Below, in pieces: positions 22,585 to 32,093 of a stretch of DNA of 64,000 nucleotides. Every line of letters starts with the position of its first letter. Within the stretch, counting starts at the first letter, position 1. This stretch comes from an uncultured Gammaproteobacteria bacterium. Lineage in GTDB: Bacteria; Pseudomonadota; Gammaproteobacteria; JACCXJ01. The stretch spans positions 207,989 to 271,988 of the forward strand of contig CAVXTM010000010.1 of NCBI GenBank assembly GCA_963764725.1. Reading direction: 5' to 3'. The notes under the pieces were generated by a model. The model was not told where the DNA came from and made no database searches. It worked only from the letters and a program-made list of their open reading frames with translations. A program made the translations under genes and the position numbers.

Positions 22585-24393
22585 ATGACGCCTAAATCGG
22601 AATACGCCGCTTCGAAGACCGGCCGGCTTCGGATTGGAGATGACTGGAACGCCATCACGATCATCGCGACCTCACAGACCAATCCCCTCAAGGCCGTGGC
22701 CGAGTTCGTAGAGAACAGCATCGATGCTGGCGCTCGGACGATTACGATCACGCGCGGCCGGGAACACGGGGCGCATTACCTCGCGATCATGGACGATGGC
22801 CGGGGGATCGCGAGAGATCCGGAGGGCCTGCCTGACTTCCGGTACGTGGCGACGCATATTTGCGATTCGATGAAACGCAGGCTCAAGGCAAACGGGGCGG
22901 CAGGGATCCAGGGCGAGTTCGGGATAGGTCTACTGAGTTTTTGGACGGTTGGGGAGGAGCTCACCCTGACCTCGGCGGCCGCTGATGGCCGAACATACAC
23001 GATGCGCATGAAACGCAACGATCCGAGCTATACGGTGACCGCGCGACGGCTGCTTTTTCCCGCCTGCGGCACCGAGCTCACCGTGGCCCCGTTACTGCCC
23101 GGGATCCGGCAGTTCAGTGGCGAGAAGATCCAATGGTACCTCGCCTCTGAGTTGCGCGAGCGGATCCGGCAATCGGGTGTCGCGATCAAGATCGTGGATC
23201 GGCACGCCCGCAAGGAATTCAAGGTTGAGCCCCGGCAATTCACCGGCCGCTTACTGCACGGCTTGCCAGTACCGACCACGGCGTTCGGTCAAGCCTACGT
23301 CGAGATCTATCTGTCGGATCCCGATCCGGCCAAAAAGGTGGGGCTCTATCGCTCAGGCACGCGGCTCATAGAAGATCTGGCCGAGATTGATGCCCTGGCG
23401 CGCCCTCCCTGGACGGAGAGGACCCTCCAGGGCATCGTGGATGTGCCCTTTGTGCACGTGACGCCGGCGACGCGTATGGGAGTCATTTACGACGATGTCT
23501 TTGCCGCTTTCATCGAAAGCTTGGGCCCCCTAGAGGAAGCACTCGCTAAGCTCATGGAGGAACAGCGCCGTGCCGAAGAGGAGCAAACGAGTCAACAGAT
23601 CTTGCGGACCATTCAGAAAGCCTTCAAGGAAGCCTTGCTCGCCTTGCCGGTGGAGGAATATGACTGGTTCGAGATCCCCGAGCGCTCCCGCCCGGGCTTG
23701 GGGTTACCTGCGGGTGGGGTTGCTGGAATGAGTCTGCCCGACGGCGCCGAGGAGGCACAGCAGGCGGGCAAGTCCGAAGAACGACAGCGGCACTTCTTCG
23801 AGTTCGCTGGTCCCTTGTTTCAAGTGCGCGTATCACCTGCTTCCTGTGCGGTCGCTGTCGGCCAATCGCGAACCTTCTCTGCCATTGCCCGCGATCGCAC
23901 GGGCCACCGGGTCGAGGAGGGCCTCACCTGGTCCTGGGAAATCGTCGAGGGCGAAGGTTCTCTCCAGGATGCCAGGGCCGAGATCGCGACCTTTACGGCC
24001 TCGGCCGAGCCCGGGCTCGTGCGGATCAGGCTGTCCGTCACCCAAGGGCCTATCAGCGGCCAAGCGGAGGCTCTAGTCACGGTAACGGATTCACTATTGC
24101 CCGAGACCAAAGATAGCTCCGCGAGTCGCTCGGGGCTCCCTGGATATACCTTCCAACGTGCACCGGGTCAACTTTGGCGATCGCGTTTCGATGAGGATCA
24201 GAACGTGATCGTAATCAACAACGGCCATCGTGACTTCGTCTACGCATCGAAAAACAAGGCCCTCAAGCTTCGTTACATCAGCCGATTGTTCGCCAAAGAG
24301 CTTGTGTACAAGAACTTTCCGGGAATTCCGCCCGCTGAGCTCCTCGAACGCCTGATCGAGCTCTCGCTCTACACCGAGGAGAACCTTAAATAG
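22585..24393 (+). CDS. GHKL (Hsp90/MORC-like) ATPase with an Ig-like domain
   Basis: Bergerat motifs AEFVENSIDAGA, DDGRGI, GEFGIGLLS, GT; coiled coil; beta-rich segment VRVSPASCAVAVGQSRTFSAIARD...WSW. Confidence 0.8.
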   Translation: MTPKSEYAASKTGRLRIGDDWNAITIIATSQTNPLKAVAEFVENSIDAGARTITITRGREHGAHYLAIMDDGRGIARDPEGLPDFRYVATHICDSMKRRLKANGAAGIQGEFGIGLLSFWTVGEELTLTSAAADGRTYTMRMKRNDPSYTVTARRLLFPACGTELTVAPLLPGIRQFSGEKIQWYLASELRERIRQSGVAIKIVDRHARKEFKVEPRQFTGRLLHGLPVPTTAFGQAYVEIYLSDPDPAKKVGLYRSGTRLIEDLAEIDALARPPWTERTLQGIVDVPFVHVTPATRMGVIYDDVFAAFIESLGPLEEALAKLMEEQRRAEEEQTSQQILRTIQKAFKEALLALPVEEYDWFEIPERSRPGLGLPAGGVAGMSLPDGAEEAQQAGKSEERQRHFFEFAGPLFQVRVSPASCAVAVGQSRTFSAIARDRTGHRVEEGLTWSWEIVEGEGSLQDARAEIATFTASAEPGLVRIRLSVTQGPISGQAEALVTVTDSLLPETKDSSASRSGLPGYTFQRAPGQLWRSRFDEDQNVIVINNGHRDFVYASKNKALKLRYISRLFAKELVYKNFPGIPPAELLERLIELSLYTEENLK

Positions 24394-24467
24394 CGCGGGT
24401 AGCCGCAACGTGCGTCATGTCGCGAGGAGAAAAAACGGCCACAGCCAGAAAGGACTCGAGGTGAAGG

Positions 24468-24631
24468 CGACGGCCGTGGTAATGCTGGCATAACCCGTGA
24501 GCACGACAATCTTCATCTCGATCTTGTGCCCGGAGCCGGGCTAGCGCATCGCCCAGAACCTCGCAAAACGCGGGATCATCGTCCACCAGTATCAGGGAAG
24601 GCGCTGCAGCTTCGAGCATGGCATCGATCAT
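24468..24631 (-). pseudogene. regA: Partial duplicate of the regA 5' region
   Basis: Near-identical to 22156-22450 but with a 129-bp internal deletion, a 2-bp deletion and a 3' truncation; its ATG overlaps the regB stop (ATGA). Confidence 0.9.
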
Positions 24632-25947
24632 AACGGCTTCGCGGTCATCAAGGGCGTGAGCGGCAAGCCGATTTTGACGCATACACCGGAAGGCCTTCGC
24701 TCTTCCAGATCGAGCGTGCCGCCGAGCCGATCGAGCGTCGTGCGCGCGAGATACAAGCCGAGGCCCAAGCCCTTTCCCGCGGGTTTGGTGGTTACGAAAG
24801 GTTTCCCGATGTGCTCGCGCAACGTTTTGGGCAGGCCGGCGCCATCGTCGTAGACCGTGATATCGAGGCGATCGTCGGTCCACACGGCCTCTACCGCCAC
24901 GGTTTGCGCCGCCGCATCTGCGGCGTTGTTGAGCACATTGAGAAGAGCCTGTGTGAGGGTTCGATCGGCGATGATTTGCGCTGCCGGCTGCGGTCCGGAA
25001 CGCTTCACCCGCGGCGCGAGCCCGGGATGTAGCTCACGCCATTCGGCGATCAGGTCCTCGAGATAGCGATCGAGATAAACGGGCCGGCCCGCGTCGGCTT
25101 GGGCCGCGCCCGAACGCGCCGCCATGCTCGATAGAATCCCTTTACAGCGCATCACCTGGCTGCGCAATAGCTGAAGTTTTTCCGTGAGCGTCTCGTTGTC
25201 CTCATAGTCGTGTTCCAATTCCTTGGCCAAGATAGCGATCGTCGCGAGCGGGGTTCCGAGCTCGTGGGCCGTTCCGGTGGCCAGCGAGCCCAAGGCCGCT
25301 AGTTGGCCGGCTTCGAGCGCTTTTTCCCGGGCCTGCGCAAGATCCCGGTCGTGTTGGCGCAAGGTGGAGCCCATGCGCGCCACGAAATACGCTACGACCA
25401 TGGCGCTCAACAGAAACCCGAGCCACATTCCCCAGACATGGAAGGTAAACTCATGTCCGATCTGGGTGCTCTCCGGGGGATGGACTTCGACGAAAAGCGG
25501 GTGCACATGAACGAACAAAAGCCCCGTGTAAAAGAGCGCCGCCTCGGCAGCAATGATCCAGGTATAGCGGCGCGGCAACAGGGCCGCGGCGACGATGACG
25601 GGCAAAAGTAGCAAGGATGCAAATGGATTAGCCGAGCCTCCTGTAAACAATAACAGCGCTGCCAGCCCGAGGACATCGACGAGAAGCTGTGTCAAGATGC
25701 TGCGCTCCGAAACCGGAATCCCCGATTGAAGGGTGCGCCAACTGAAAAACGTGAAACCGCCGAGAGCGATGATTACAATCGCCACGGGCAGTATTGAGGG
25801 CGGCATCGCCAGGATATAATGCGCGGCGATGGCCGCGGCGAGTTGCCCGACGATCACGACGACCCGTACCAGCAATAAATACTGAAGGCAGAGCTTCGAC
25901 AGCGCGCTGTCGCGGGGGGCTGGATCGGAGTTGGCGTCTGTAAGCAT
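24628..25947 (-). CDS. regB: Redox sensor histidine kinase RegB/PrrB
   Basis: TM region with GGSANPF quinone motif, AHELGTPLATI H-box, RCK cysteine, NNAADA, DDGAG, GLGLGL. Confidence 0.94.
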   Translation of the reverse strand: MLTDANSDPAPRDSALSKLCLQYLLLVRVVVIVGQLAAAIAAHYILAMPPSILPVAIVIIALGGFTFFSWRTLQSGIPVSERSILTQLLVDVLGLAALLLFTGGSANPFASLLLLPVIVAAALLPRRYTWIIAAEAALFYTGLLFVHVHPLFVEVHPPESTQIGHEFTFHVWGMWLGFLLSAMVVAYFVARMGSTLRQHDRDLAQAREKALEAGQLAALGSLATGTAHELGTPLATIAILAKELEHDYEDNETLTEKLQLLRSQVMRCKGILSSMAARSGAAQADAGRPVYLDRYLEDLIAEWRELHPGLAPRVKRSGPQPAAQIIADRTLTQALLNVLNNAADAAAQTVAVEAVWTDDRLDITVYDDGAGLPKTLREHIGKPFVTTKPAGKGLGLGLYLARTTLDRLGGTLDLEERRPSGVCVKIGLPLTPLMTAKPL

Positions 25948-26070
25948 CTTTGGAGTCCGAGAACCGGTGCGCCGCGGCCGTTCTTGAGCTGCTGTCAGAC
26001 CGCACATGTTATTCTAGCATTGCCGTTGCCAGAAACCTTATCCGGACAACAAGCCGATTCACTGGCAGAC

Positions 26071-27357
26071 ATGAGCAACAAACCACAGCGCATTGGCAAA
26101 TACCGTATTGTGAGGGAGCTATCCCGCAACAGTTCAGCGGCGGTTTTCCTCGCCCAAGATCCCTACGTCGATCGCCCGGTCGCGCTCAAGGTTCCCGCGG
26201 CGAGCATTGCGGAGGCTGCTCCGGAGGAAACCCGGAATCGATTTTTTACCGAGGCGCAAACAACGGCGGCGCTGCGACATCCCAACATCGTGCAAGTATT
26301 CGACGCCGGAATCGAGGGTGATACTTGTTATATCGCGATGGAGTACGTCATGGAAGGGGCGACGCTTAAAGCGCATTGTACGCCGGATCGCCTGTTGCCG
26401 GTGGAGCGTGTCGTTGAGCTTATTTTTAGATGTGCGAAAGCCCTGGATTATGCGCACGCGAAGGGTGTGTTACACCGCGACATCAAGCCTACCAATCTCT
26501 TATTGACCCCTGAGGGCGAGGTTAAGATCGGCGATTTCGGTATCGCTTACATCAACCGCGGCAACATCAAAGATGGCCTGACGCTGAGCTTCGCGGGCTC
26601 GCCAGGCTATATGTCGCCCGAGCAGGTCCAAGAGGAGCCCATCTCAGGCCAAACCGATCTCTTTTCCCTGGGCGTGGTCATGTATGAAATGCTGACGGGC
26701 CGGCATCCCTTTTACGCCGAGCGTTTTTCGGAGGTGATCCATCGCGTCGTTAACGAGGATCCCGCGCCGATGAGCGCATACCGGCCCGATACTTCCCCCG
26801 TCCTGGAACGTATCGTCGCGCGTGCGCTCGAAAAAGCGCCGGCGAACCGCTATAAACGCGGCCTTGATTTGGCTTCGGATCTCGCGGCGATCTTCGGATC
26901 TCTATGGGTGCCCGCACGCGACATATCGCTGAGCGAGCGCTTTCGCGAGCTGCGGCGGCTCGCGTTTTTTTCCGAGTTTAGCGATGAAGAACTATGGACG
27001 ATTATCCGCGGCAGTATCCGGCAAGAGTTCTCGGATGATGACCCGATACTGACCGGTGGCGAGATCGAGGGCGCCTTCTATATCATCGTGGAAGGCAGCG
27101 CCGTCGTAGTGCACGCGAAAAAGAAAATGGCCCTGCTCAACGAAGGCGGTTGCTTCGGGGAAATCGGCAAGATAACCGAGGGCGCACGGGCAGCGGCGAT
27201 CATAGCGAATCGCCATTGTTCGGTGCTCAAGATCAACGAAACGATGCTGGAGCAGTTATCACCGGACTGTCAACTGCGTTTTTACCGGCTGTTTATGAAG
27301 AGCATGCTCCAGCGTTTGGCGAGCGTGACCGAATTCGCGCTGAAACATCTGGGATAA
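26071..27357 (+). CDS. Hanks-type Ser/Thr protein kinase with C-terminal cyclic-nucleotide-binding domain
   Basis: VALK, HRDIKPTN, DFG, YMSPEQ, DLFSLG; cNMP domain FYIIVEG...GCFGE...RAA. Confidence 0.92.
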   Translation: MSNKPQRIGKYRIVRELSRNSSAAVFLAQDPYVDRPVALKVPAASIAEAAPEETRNRFFTEAQTTAALRHPNIVQVFDAGIEGDTCYIAMEYVMEGATLKAHCTPDRLLPVERVVELIFRCAKALDYAHAKGVLHRDIKPTNLLLTPEGEVKIGDFGIAYINRGNIKDGLTLSFAGSPGYMSPEQVQEEPISGQTDLFSLGVVMYEMLTGRHPFYAERFSEVIHRVVNEDPAPMSAYRPDTSPVLERIVARALEKAPANRYKRGLDLASDLAAIFGSLWVPARDISLSERFRELRRLAFFSEFSDEELWTIIRGSIRQEFSDDDPILTGGEIEGAFYIIVEGSAVVVHAKKKMALLNEGGCFGEIGKITEGARAAAIIANRHCSVLKINETMLEQLSPDCQLRFYRLFMKSMLQRLASVTEFALKHLG

Positions 27358-27396
27358 TGAATATACTTCGCGGGCGGGTATGAACCCCGCCCTTGA

Positions 27397-27470
27397 CCAA
27401 AGGGGAGAGCTGCGCTTCTCCCCTTTGGAAACCCCATGGCTAAGGTATCCGCGGCAAGACCGCGGGGTAT
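27397..27470. repeat. Two tandem hairpins (REP-like or IS200/IS605-end-like remnant; possibly a terminator)
   Basis: Perfect 12-bp IR CCAAAGGGGAGA/TCTCCCCTTTGG (27397-27428), then CCGCGG-CAAGA-CCGCGG (27449-27465). Confidence 0.5.
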
Positions 27471-27501
27471 GCGTTTAATAAATTAATCACTGGCGTTCGC
27501 A

Positions 27502-28686
27502 ATGGCCCCGCGACTCCCGCGAATCGTCATCGTCTTAGGCCTGGCCGCATTCCTAAACGACGCCGCGAGCGAGATGATCACGCCGCTCCTGCCGGTTTTT
27601 CTGGTGACCACGCTCGGGGCGGGACCGGCAATCGTCGGTCTGATCGAAGGCATCGCCGAGTCGCTGTCGAGTATCCTCAAGCTCGTGTCGGGTTGGCTCG
27701 TGGATCGGGGGTGGAGTACCAGGCGCCTGGTGTTAGGGGGTTACGGGCTCTCGAACAGCGTGCGGCCGCTGCTCGGTCTGGCGTTTGGATGGACTTGGGT
27801 ACTCGTGCTGCGAGCACTCGATCGCATCGGCAAGGGGCTGCGCACCTCGCCGCGTGACGCCATGATTGCCGTGAGCGTGGTAGACCGCGGCCGTGCTTTT
27901 GGTTTTCATCGCGGTATGGATCATGCCGGCGCCATGCTCGGAGCGGCGATTGCGTTTGCCTTACTCTATGTGGGTACGGAGCTGCAATCGGTGTTTATGC
28001 TCTCCGTGATCCCGGGGATCGTCGCAATGCTCTTGCTGTGGCGCGTCTTGCCTCAGCGCGTCATCGCGTATCGCACGGAGCACACCCCGCTCAGGTGGCG
28101 GGGCCTCGCGTGGCCACTCCGGGGATTAATACTTTCCTCGGGGGTGCTCGCGCTGGCCACCGTGCCCGAGGCGTTCCTGGTGCTCTGGGCTATCGAGCGC
28201 GGTGTGGATAATGCGGCGATCCCGTTGTTGTGGATGCTGGCGCATGCCTGCAAGGCTATCCTGGCCTACGCCGCTGGCGATCTCTCCGACCGGCTGGGGC
28301 GTGTGGCTGTCGTTGTGGCCGGATGGAGCGGGCGCATCGCGGTCATGCTGATGATCATAACGCTGGGCGACGGACCGCTCGTGGTCTGGTGCCTCTTCGT
28401 TGCATACGGCGCCGCCCTGGCCTGTACCGAAGGCGCGGAACGGGCGCTCATCGGCGACTATGCGCCGAACCCTCAGAAAGCCACGGCTTTCGGGCTTTAT
28501 CATTTGGTATCGAGCTTGTTCGCCTTGCCGGGCGCGGTCGGCTTAGGGTTATTGTGGGAGTGGTGGGGCTGGAACGCCGCGTTGGTGACCGCGGCCGTGG
28601 TGACCGCGGTCGCGGCGGGGGTTTTTTTAACACTCGTTTCTCGGATGTCCGTATCGGCACGAGCGGGATTACACGATGCGGGTTAG
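27502..28686 (+). CDS. MFS transporter
   Basis: About 12 hydrophobic segments; DRIGKGLRTSPRDA, GRAFGFHR, GDLSDRLGR. Confidence 0.92.
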   Translation: MAPRLPRIVIVLGLAAFLNDAASEMITPLLPVFLVTTLGAGPAIVGLIEGIAESLSSILKLVSGWLVDRGWSTRRLVLGGYGLSNSVRPLLGLAFGWTWVLVLRALDRIGKGLRTSPRDAMIAVSVVDRGRAFGFHRGMDHAGAMLGAAIAFALLYVGTELQSVFMLSVIPGIVAMLLLWRVLPQRVIAYRTEHTPLRWRGLAWPLRGLILSSGVLALATVPEAFLVLWAIERGVDNAAIPLLWMLAHACKAILAYAAGDLSDRLGRVAVVVAGWSGRIAVMLMIITLGDGPLVVWCLFVAYGAALACTEGAERALIGDYAPNPQKATAFGLYHLVSSLFALPGAVGLGLLWEWWGWNAALVTAAVVTAVAAGVFLTLVSRMSVSARAGLHDAG

Positions 28687-28691
28687 AAACT

Positions 28692-30365
28692 CTACGGAAT
28701 CGGATCACCGTGACGGGCATGGATGAATCGATTCATGAGCCCGCGCGTCGAGCCGTCGTGATCGGTGCCGATCGCTTGCGTTTCTAACTCGGACGCGACA
28801 CGCGTGGCAAGCTGTTTACCGAGCTCGACACCCCATTGATCGAAGGAGTTGATCCCCCAGATCACGCCTTCGACGAAGGTCTTGTGCTCATAGGCAGCGA
28901 TCAACGCGCCCAAGGTCTCGGGGGTCAATCGTTCGTAAACCAAGGTGTTGCTCGGTTTGTTCCCGGGGAACACCTTGTGCGGTAGCAAAGACTCAATGTT
29001 GGAGGACGGGAGCCCCGCTGTCACCATCTCGGCAAGCACCTCGTCCTCGTTCTTGCCGCGCATCAACGCCTCGGATTGAGCGACGCAGTTCGCGAACAAG
29101 AGCTCCTGCTGCCGGCCGATGCGGTAGTAGCCCTGCAAGGGCGTCATGAAATCCACCGGCACGAACACGGTGCCCTGGTGCAGGAGCTGGAAGAAAGCGT
29201 GCTGGCCGTTCGTCCCGGGGGCGCCCCAGAGGACCGGCGCCGTGGCGTAGTCGATCACTTGTCCGCCCGTGGTGACGCGCTTACCGTTGCTCTCCATCGC
29301 GAGTTGCTGCAAATAGGCAGGCAAAAGCTCCAGGTGCTGGTCGTACGGTACCACGGCATGCGTCTGCGCTCCGAAGAAATTGGTATACCAGATCGAGAGC
29401 AACGCAAGCAACGCGGGCAAGTTATGCTCGAGCGGAGCCGTTCGAAAGGATTGGTCCATCTGATATGCGCCTTCGAGGAGTTGCTCGAACCTATCCATCC
29501 CGATGCCGAGCGCGATCGGCAGACCGATCGCCGACCAGAGCGAGAAGCGTCCACCGGCCCAGTCCCAAAACTCGAAAACCCTGTCGTCATGGATCCCGAA
29601 GCGCCGGGTGGCCTCGAGGTTGGTCGACACGGCGAGGAAGTGGCGGCCGACAGCCGCGGGATCCCCGATGCGATCGAAAAACCAGCGCTTGGCGGCTTCG
29701 GCGTTGGTAAGGGTTTCGAGTGTCGTGAAGGTCTTGGATGCGATGATGAATAAAGTCGAGCCCGGATCGAGCTGCTCGAGGACCTCGCCGAGATCGGCCG
29801 GATCGATGTTGGAAACAAAGTGCACGCGCATGTCGCCTTTGCGGTAGGGTCTTAGCGCACGCGTCGCCATGAGCGGGCCGAGGTGTGAGCCACCGATCCC
29901 GATGTTGACAATGTCCGTGATCGAGCTGCCGCCATGACCGCGGTATGCACCCGCATGGACCGCCTCGGTAAAGCTACGCATCTTGGCCAGCACCGCGCGA
30001 ACGGCCGGCATGACATCTTCGCCGTCCACGTAAACGGGCGTATCGGAGCGGTTGCGTAGGGCGGTATGTAGTGCCGCCCGCTGCTCGGTGCTGTTGATCC
30101 GTTCGCCGCGAAACATCCTTTCGATGGCCTCCGGCAGGCCCGCGGCGCGCGCCAGCGCCGTGAGGAGGGGTAGCGTATCCGCGGTGATGCGGTTTTTTGA
30201 ATAGTCGAGCAACAGCGGCCCCGCCTCGATGGAAAACCGGTTGCAACGGCCGGGATCCTCGCGAAACAAGTCCCTTATCTGTAGCGGCGATATCGCTTGC
30301 CAATGTTGCGCAAGCGCCCGCCAGTGGGGGGTGGAGGGGAGAGGCGGAATTGCATGACTGGACAT
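28692..30365 (-). CDS. pgi: Glucose-6-phosphate isomerase
   Basis: IGIGGSHLGP, SKTFTT, GGRFSLWSAIG, MESNGK, FDQWGVELGK. Confidence 0.98.
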   Translation of the reverse strand: MSSHAIPPLPSTPHWRALAQHWQAISPLQIRDLFREDPGRCNRFSIEAGPLLLDYSKNRITADTLPLLTALARAAGLPEAIERMFRGERINSTEQRAALHTALRNRSDTPVYVDGEDVMPAVRAVLAKMRSFTEAVHAGAYRGHGGSSITDIVNIGIGGSHLGPLMATRALRPYRKGDMRVHFVSNIDPADLGEVLEQLDPGSTLFIIASKTFTTLETLTNAEAAKRWFFDRIGDPAAVGRHFLAVSTNLEATRRFGIHDDRVFEFWDWAGGRFSLWSAIGLPIALGIGMDRFEQLLEGAYQMDQSFRTAPLEHNLPALLALLSIWYTNFFGAQTHAVVPYDQHLELLPAYLQQLAMESNGKRVTTGGQVIDYATAPVLWGAPGTNGQHAFFQLLHQGTVFVPVDFMTPLQGYYRIGRQQELLFANCVAQSEALMRGKNEDEVLAEMVTAGLPSSNIESLLPHKVFPGNKPSNTLVYERLTPETLGALIAAYEHKTFVEGVIWGINSFDQWGVELGKQLATRVASELETQAIGTDHDGSTRGLMNRFIHARHGDPIP

Positions 30366-30657
30366 CGGGCTACCTCAATCGCAATGGAGTATCGACCTTA
30401 GGAAATTTGTTCGCATTATCCCGCGCTTTCGGCACAATTCCATCTCATTGGGCCATAAAGTGATCCGATGCCCAGCCGGCGCAAGAAATACGTGAAAAAA
30501 GTGTTTGAATTCCTTTATGCTAGGCGATGCAATCAGGTAACAGGTCAAGGCCAACAATAACCTCAATCCGCTGCCGGCGATTACCTCCTGCTGCTCCCGG
30601 ACACTACGTCGTACAACTGGTGCTAATGACAAGACAAAAGGCGAAGAACGTTTGCCC

Positions 30658-31941
30658 ATGACAGAACCCACGATCACCTGTCCGAACTGCAAGACCGAGA
30701 TCAAGCTGACAGAGTCGCTTGCGGCTCCGCTTATCGAGGCGACCCGCCGCGACTACGAGCAGCGCCTGGCCAAGAAGGACGTTGACATTGCCACTCGCGA
30801 GACATTGCTGCGCGAACATGAGGAGGCTGTCGCCAAGGCGAAGGAAACGATAGACGACCAAGTCGCCGAGAAATTGCAACAGGAGCGTGCGAAGATCGCG
30901 ATAGATGAAGCTAAGAAGGCAAGACTTGCCCTGGCGGCCGACCTTGGCCAGAAAACCAAGGAAATCACTGAGCTTCAAGAAATCCTGAATCAGCGAGAAG
31001 CGAAGCTTGCCGAGGCCCAGAAAGCCCAAGCCGAGCTTATCCGAAAGAGCCGCGAGCTGGACGACGCTAAGCGCGAGCTCGACCTGACAGTCGAGAAGCG
31101 TGTTCAAGAGGGGCTTGGCGCCACTCGCGAACAGGCGCGCAAGGAGGCCGAGGAGCAACTTAAGTTTAGGGTGATGGAAAAGGAACAAACCATCGCCTCG
31201 ATGCAGAAGCAGATCGAAGAGCTTAAGCGCAAGGCCGAGCAAGGGTCACAGCAACTTCAGGGCGAGGTGCAGGAACTCGAGCTCGAATCTTTACTGTCCG
31301 CAAGGTTTCCGCGCGACACGATCGAGCCCGTGCCCAAGGGGGAACATGGCGGCGATGTACTGCATCGGGTCGTCGGGCCGCTCGGCCAGGTATGCGGCAC
31401 AATCCTGTGGGAATCAAAGCGTACCAAGAACTGGAGCGACGGCTGGCTCGGGAAACTTCGCGAAGACCAAAGGGCCGCGAAAGCCGAAATCGCCATCATC
31501 ATCAGCCAGGTTCTACCGAAGGATGTTGAATCGTTCGATTGGATCGATCACGTTTGGGTGGCGCATCCGCGCGTTGCCATGCCTGTCGCGGCGACGCTTC
31601 GTCAATCCCTTGTGGATCTCGCGATGGCGCGCCAAGCAGCCGAAGGCCAGCAGACCAAGATGGAGATGGTCTATCGGTACCTCACCGGTCCGCGTTTCCG
31701 CCTTCGCATGCAGGCCATCGTCGAGGCGTTCTCCTCCATGCAGGAGGATCTCGATCGCGAGAAGAAGGCTATCACGAAGCAGTGGGCCAAGCGGGAAGAG
31801 CAGATCGACCGCGTGATGCAGGCGACGGTTGGCATGCACGGAGACCTGCAGGGGATCGCGGGCAAGTCGTTGCAAGAGATTGAGGGGCTGGAATTGAAGG
31901 CGCTTGAAGCTAGTAAAACCTTTGAGGAGCCGCTCGGCTGA
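30658..31941 (+). CDS. DUF2130 domain coiled-coil protein (RmuC-like nuclease fold)
   Basis: CPNC, long coiled coil, SQQLQGEVQELELE, ILWESKRTKNWSDGW. Confidence 0.88.
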   Translation: MTEPTITCPNCKTEIKLTESLAAPLIEATRRDYEQRLAKKDVDIATRETLLREHEEAVAKAKETIDDQVAEKLQQERAKIAIDEAKKARLALAADLGQKTKEITELQEILNQREAKLAEAQKAQAELIRKSRELDDAKRELDLTVEKRVQEGLGATREQARKEAEEQLKFRVMEKEQTIASMQKQIEELKRKAEQGSQQLQGEVQELELESLLSARFPRDTIEPVPKGEHGGDVLHRVVGPLGQVCGTILWESKRTKNWSDGWLGKLREDQRAAKAEIAIIISQVLPKDVESFDWIDHVWVAHPRVAMPVAATLRQSLVDLAMARQAAEGQQTKMEMVYRYLTGPRFRLRMQAIVEAFSSMQEDLDREKKAITKQWAKREEQIDRVMQATVGMHGDLQGIAGKSLQEIEGLELKALEASKTFEEPLG

Positions 31942-31950
31942 CCTCGCCTA

Positions 31951-32090
31951 AGGAAGCTCTGAGACTATATAAGGTAGATAGGCGAGCGACGAGCGAGCAT
32001 GCGCCGACGCGGGGAGCGGCCCATGGACGGCCGCGCTTTGAGGAGCGAGGAATGCAGGTGGGCTGCGCAGTAACTTTTGCAGAGCTTCCA
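31951..32090. mobile_element. Putative MITE (about 140 bp)
   Basis: Terminal IRs GGAAGCTCTG (31952-31961) and CAGAGCTTCC (32080-32089) with TA on both flanks; no ORF; lies between convergent genes. Confidence 0.6.
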
Positions 32091-32093
32091 TAA

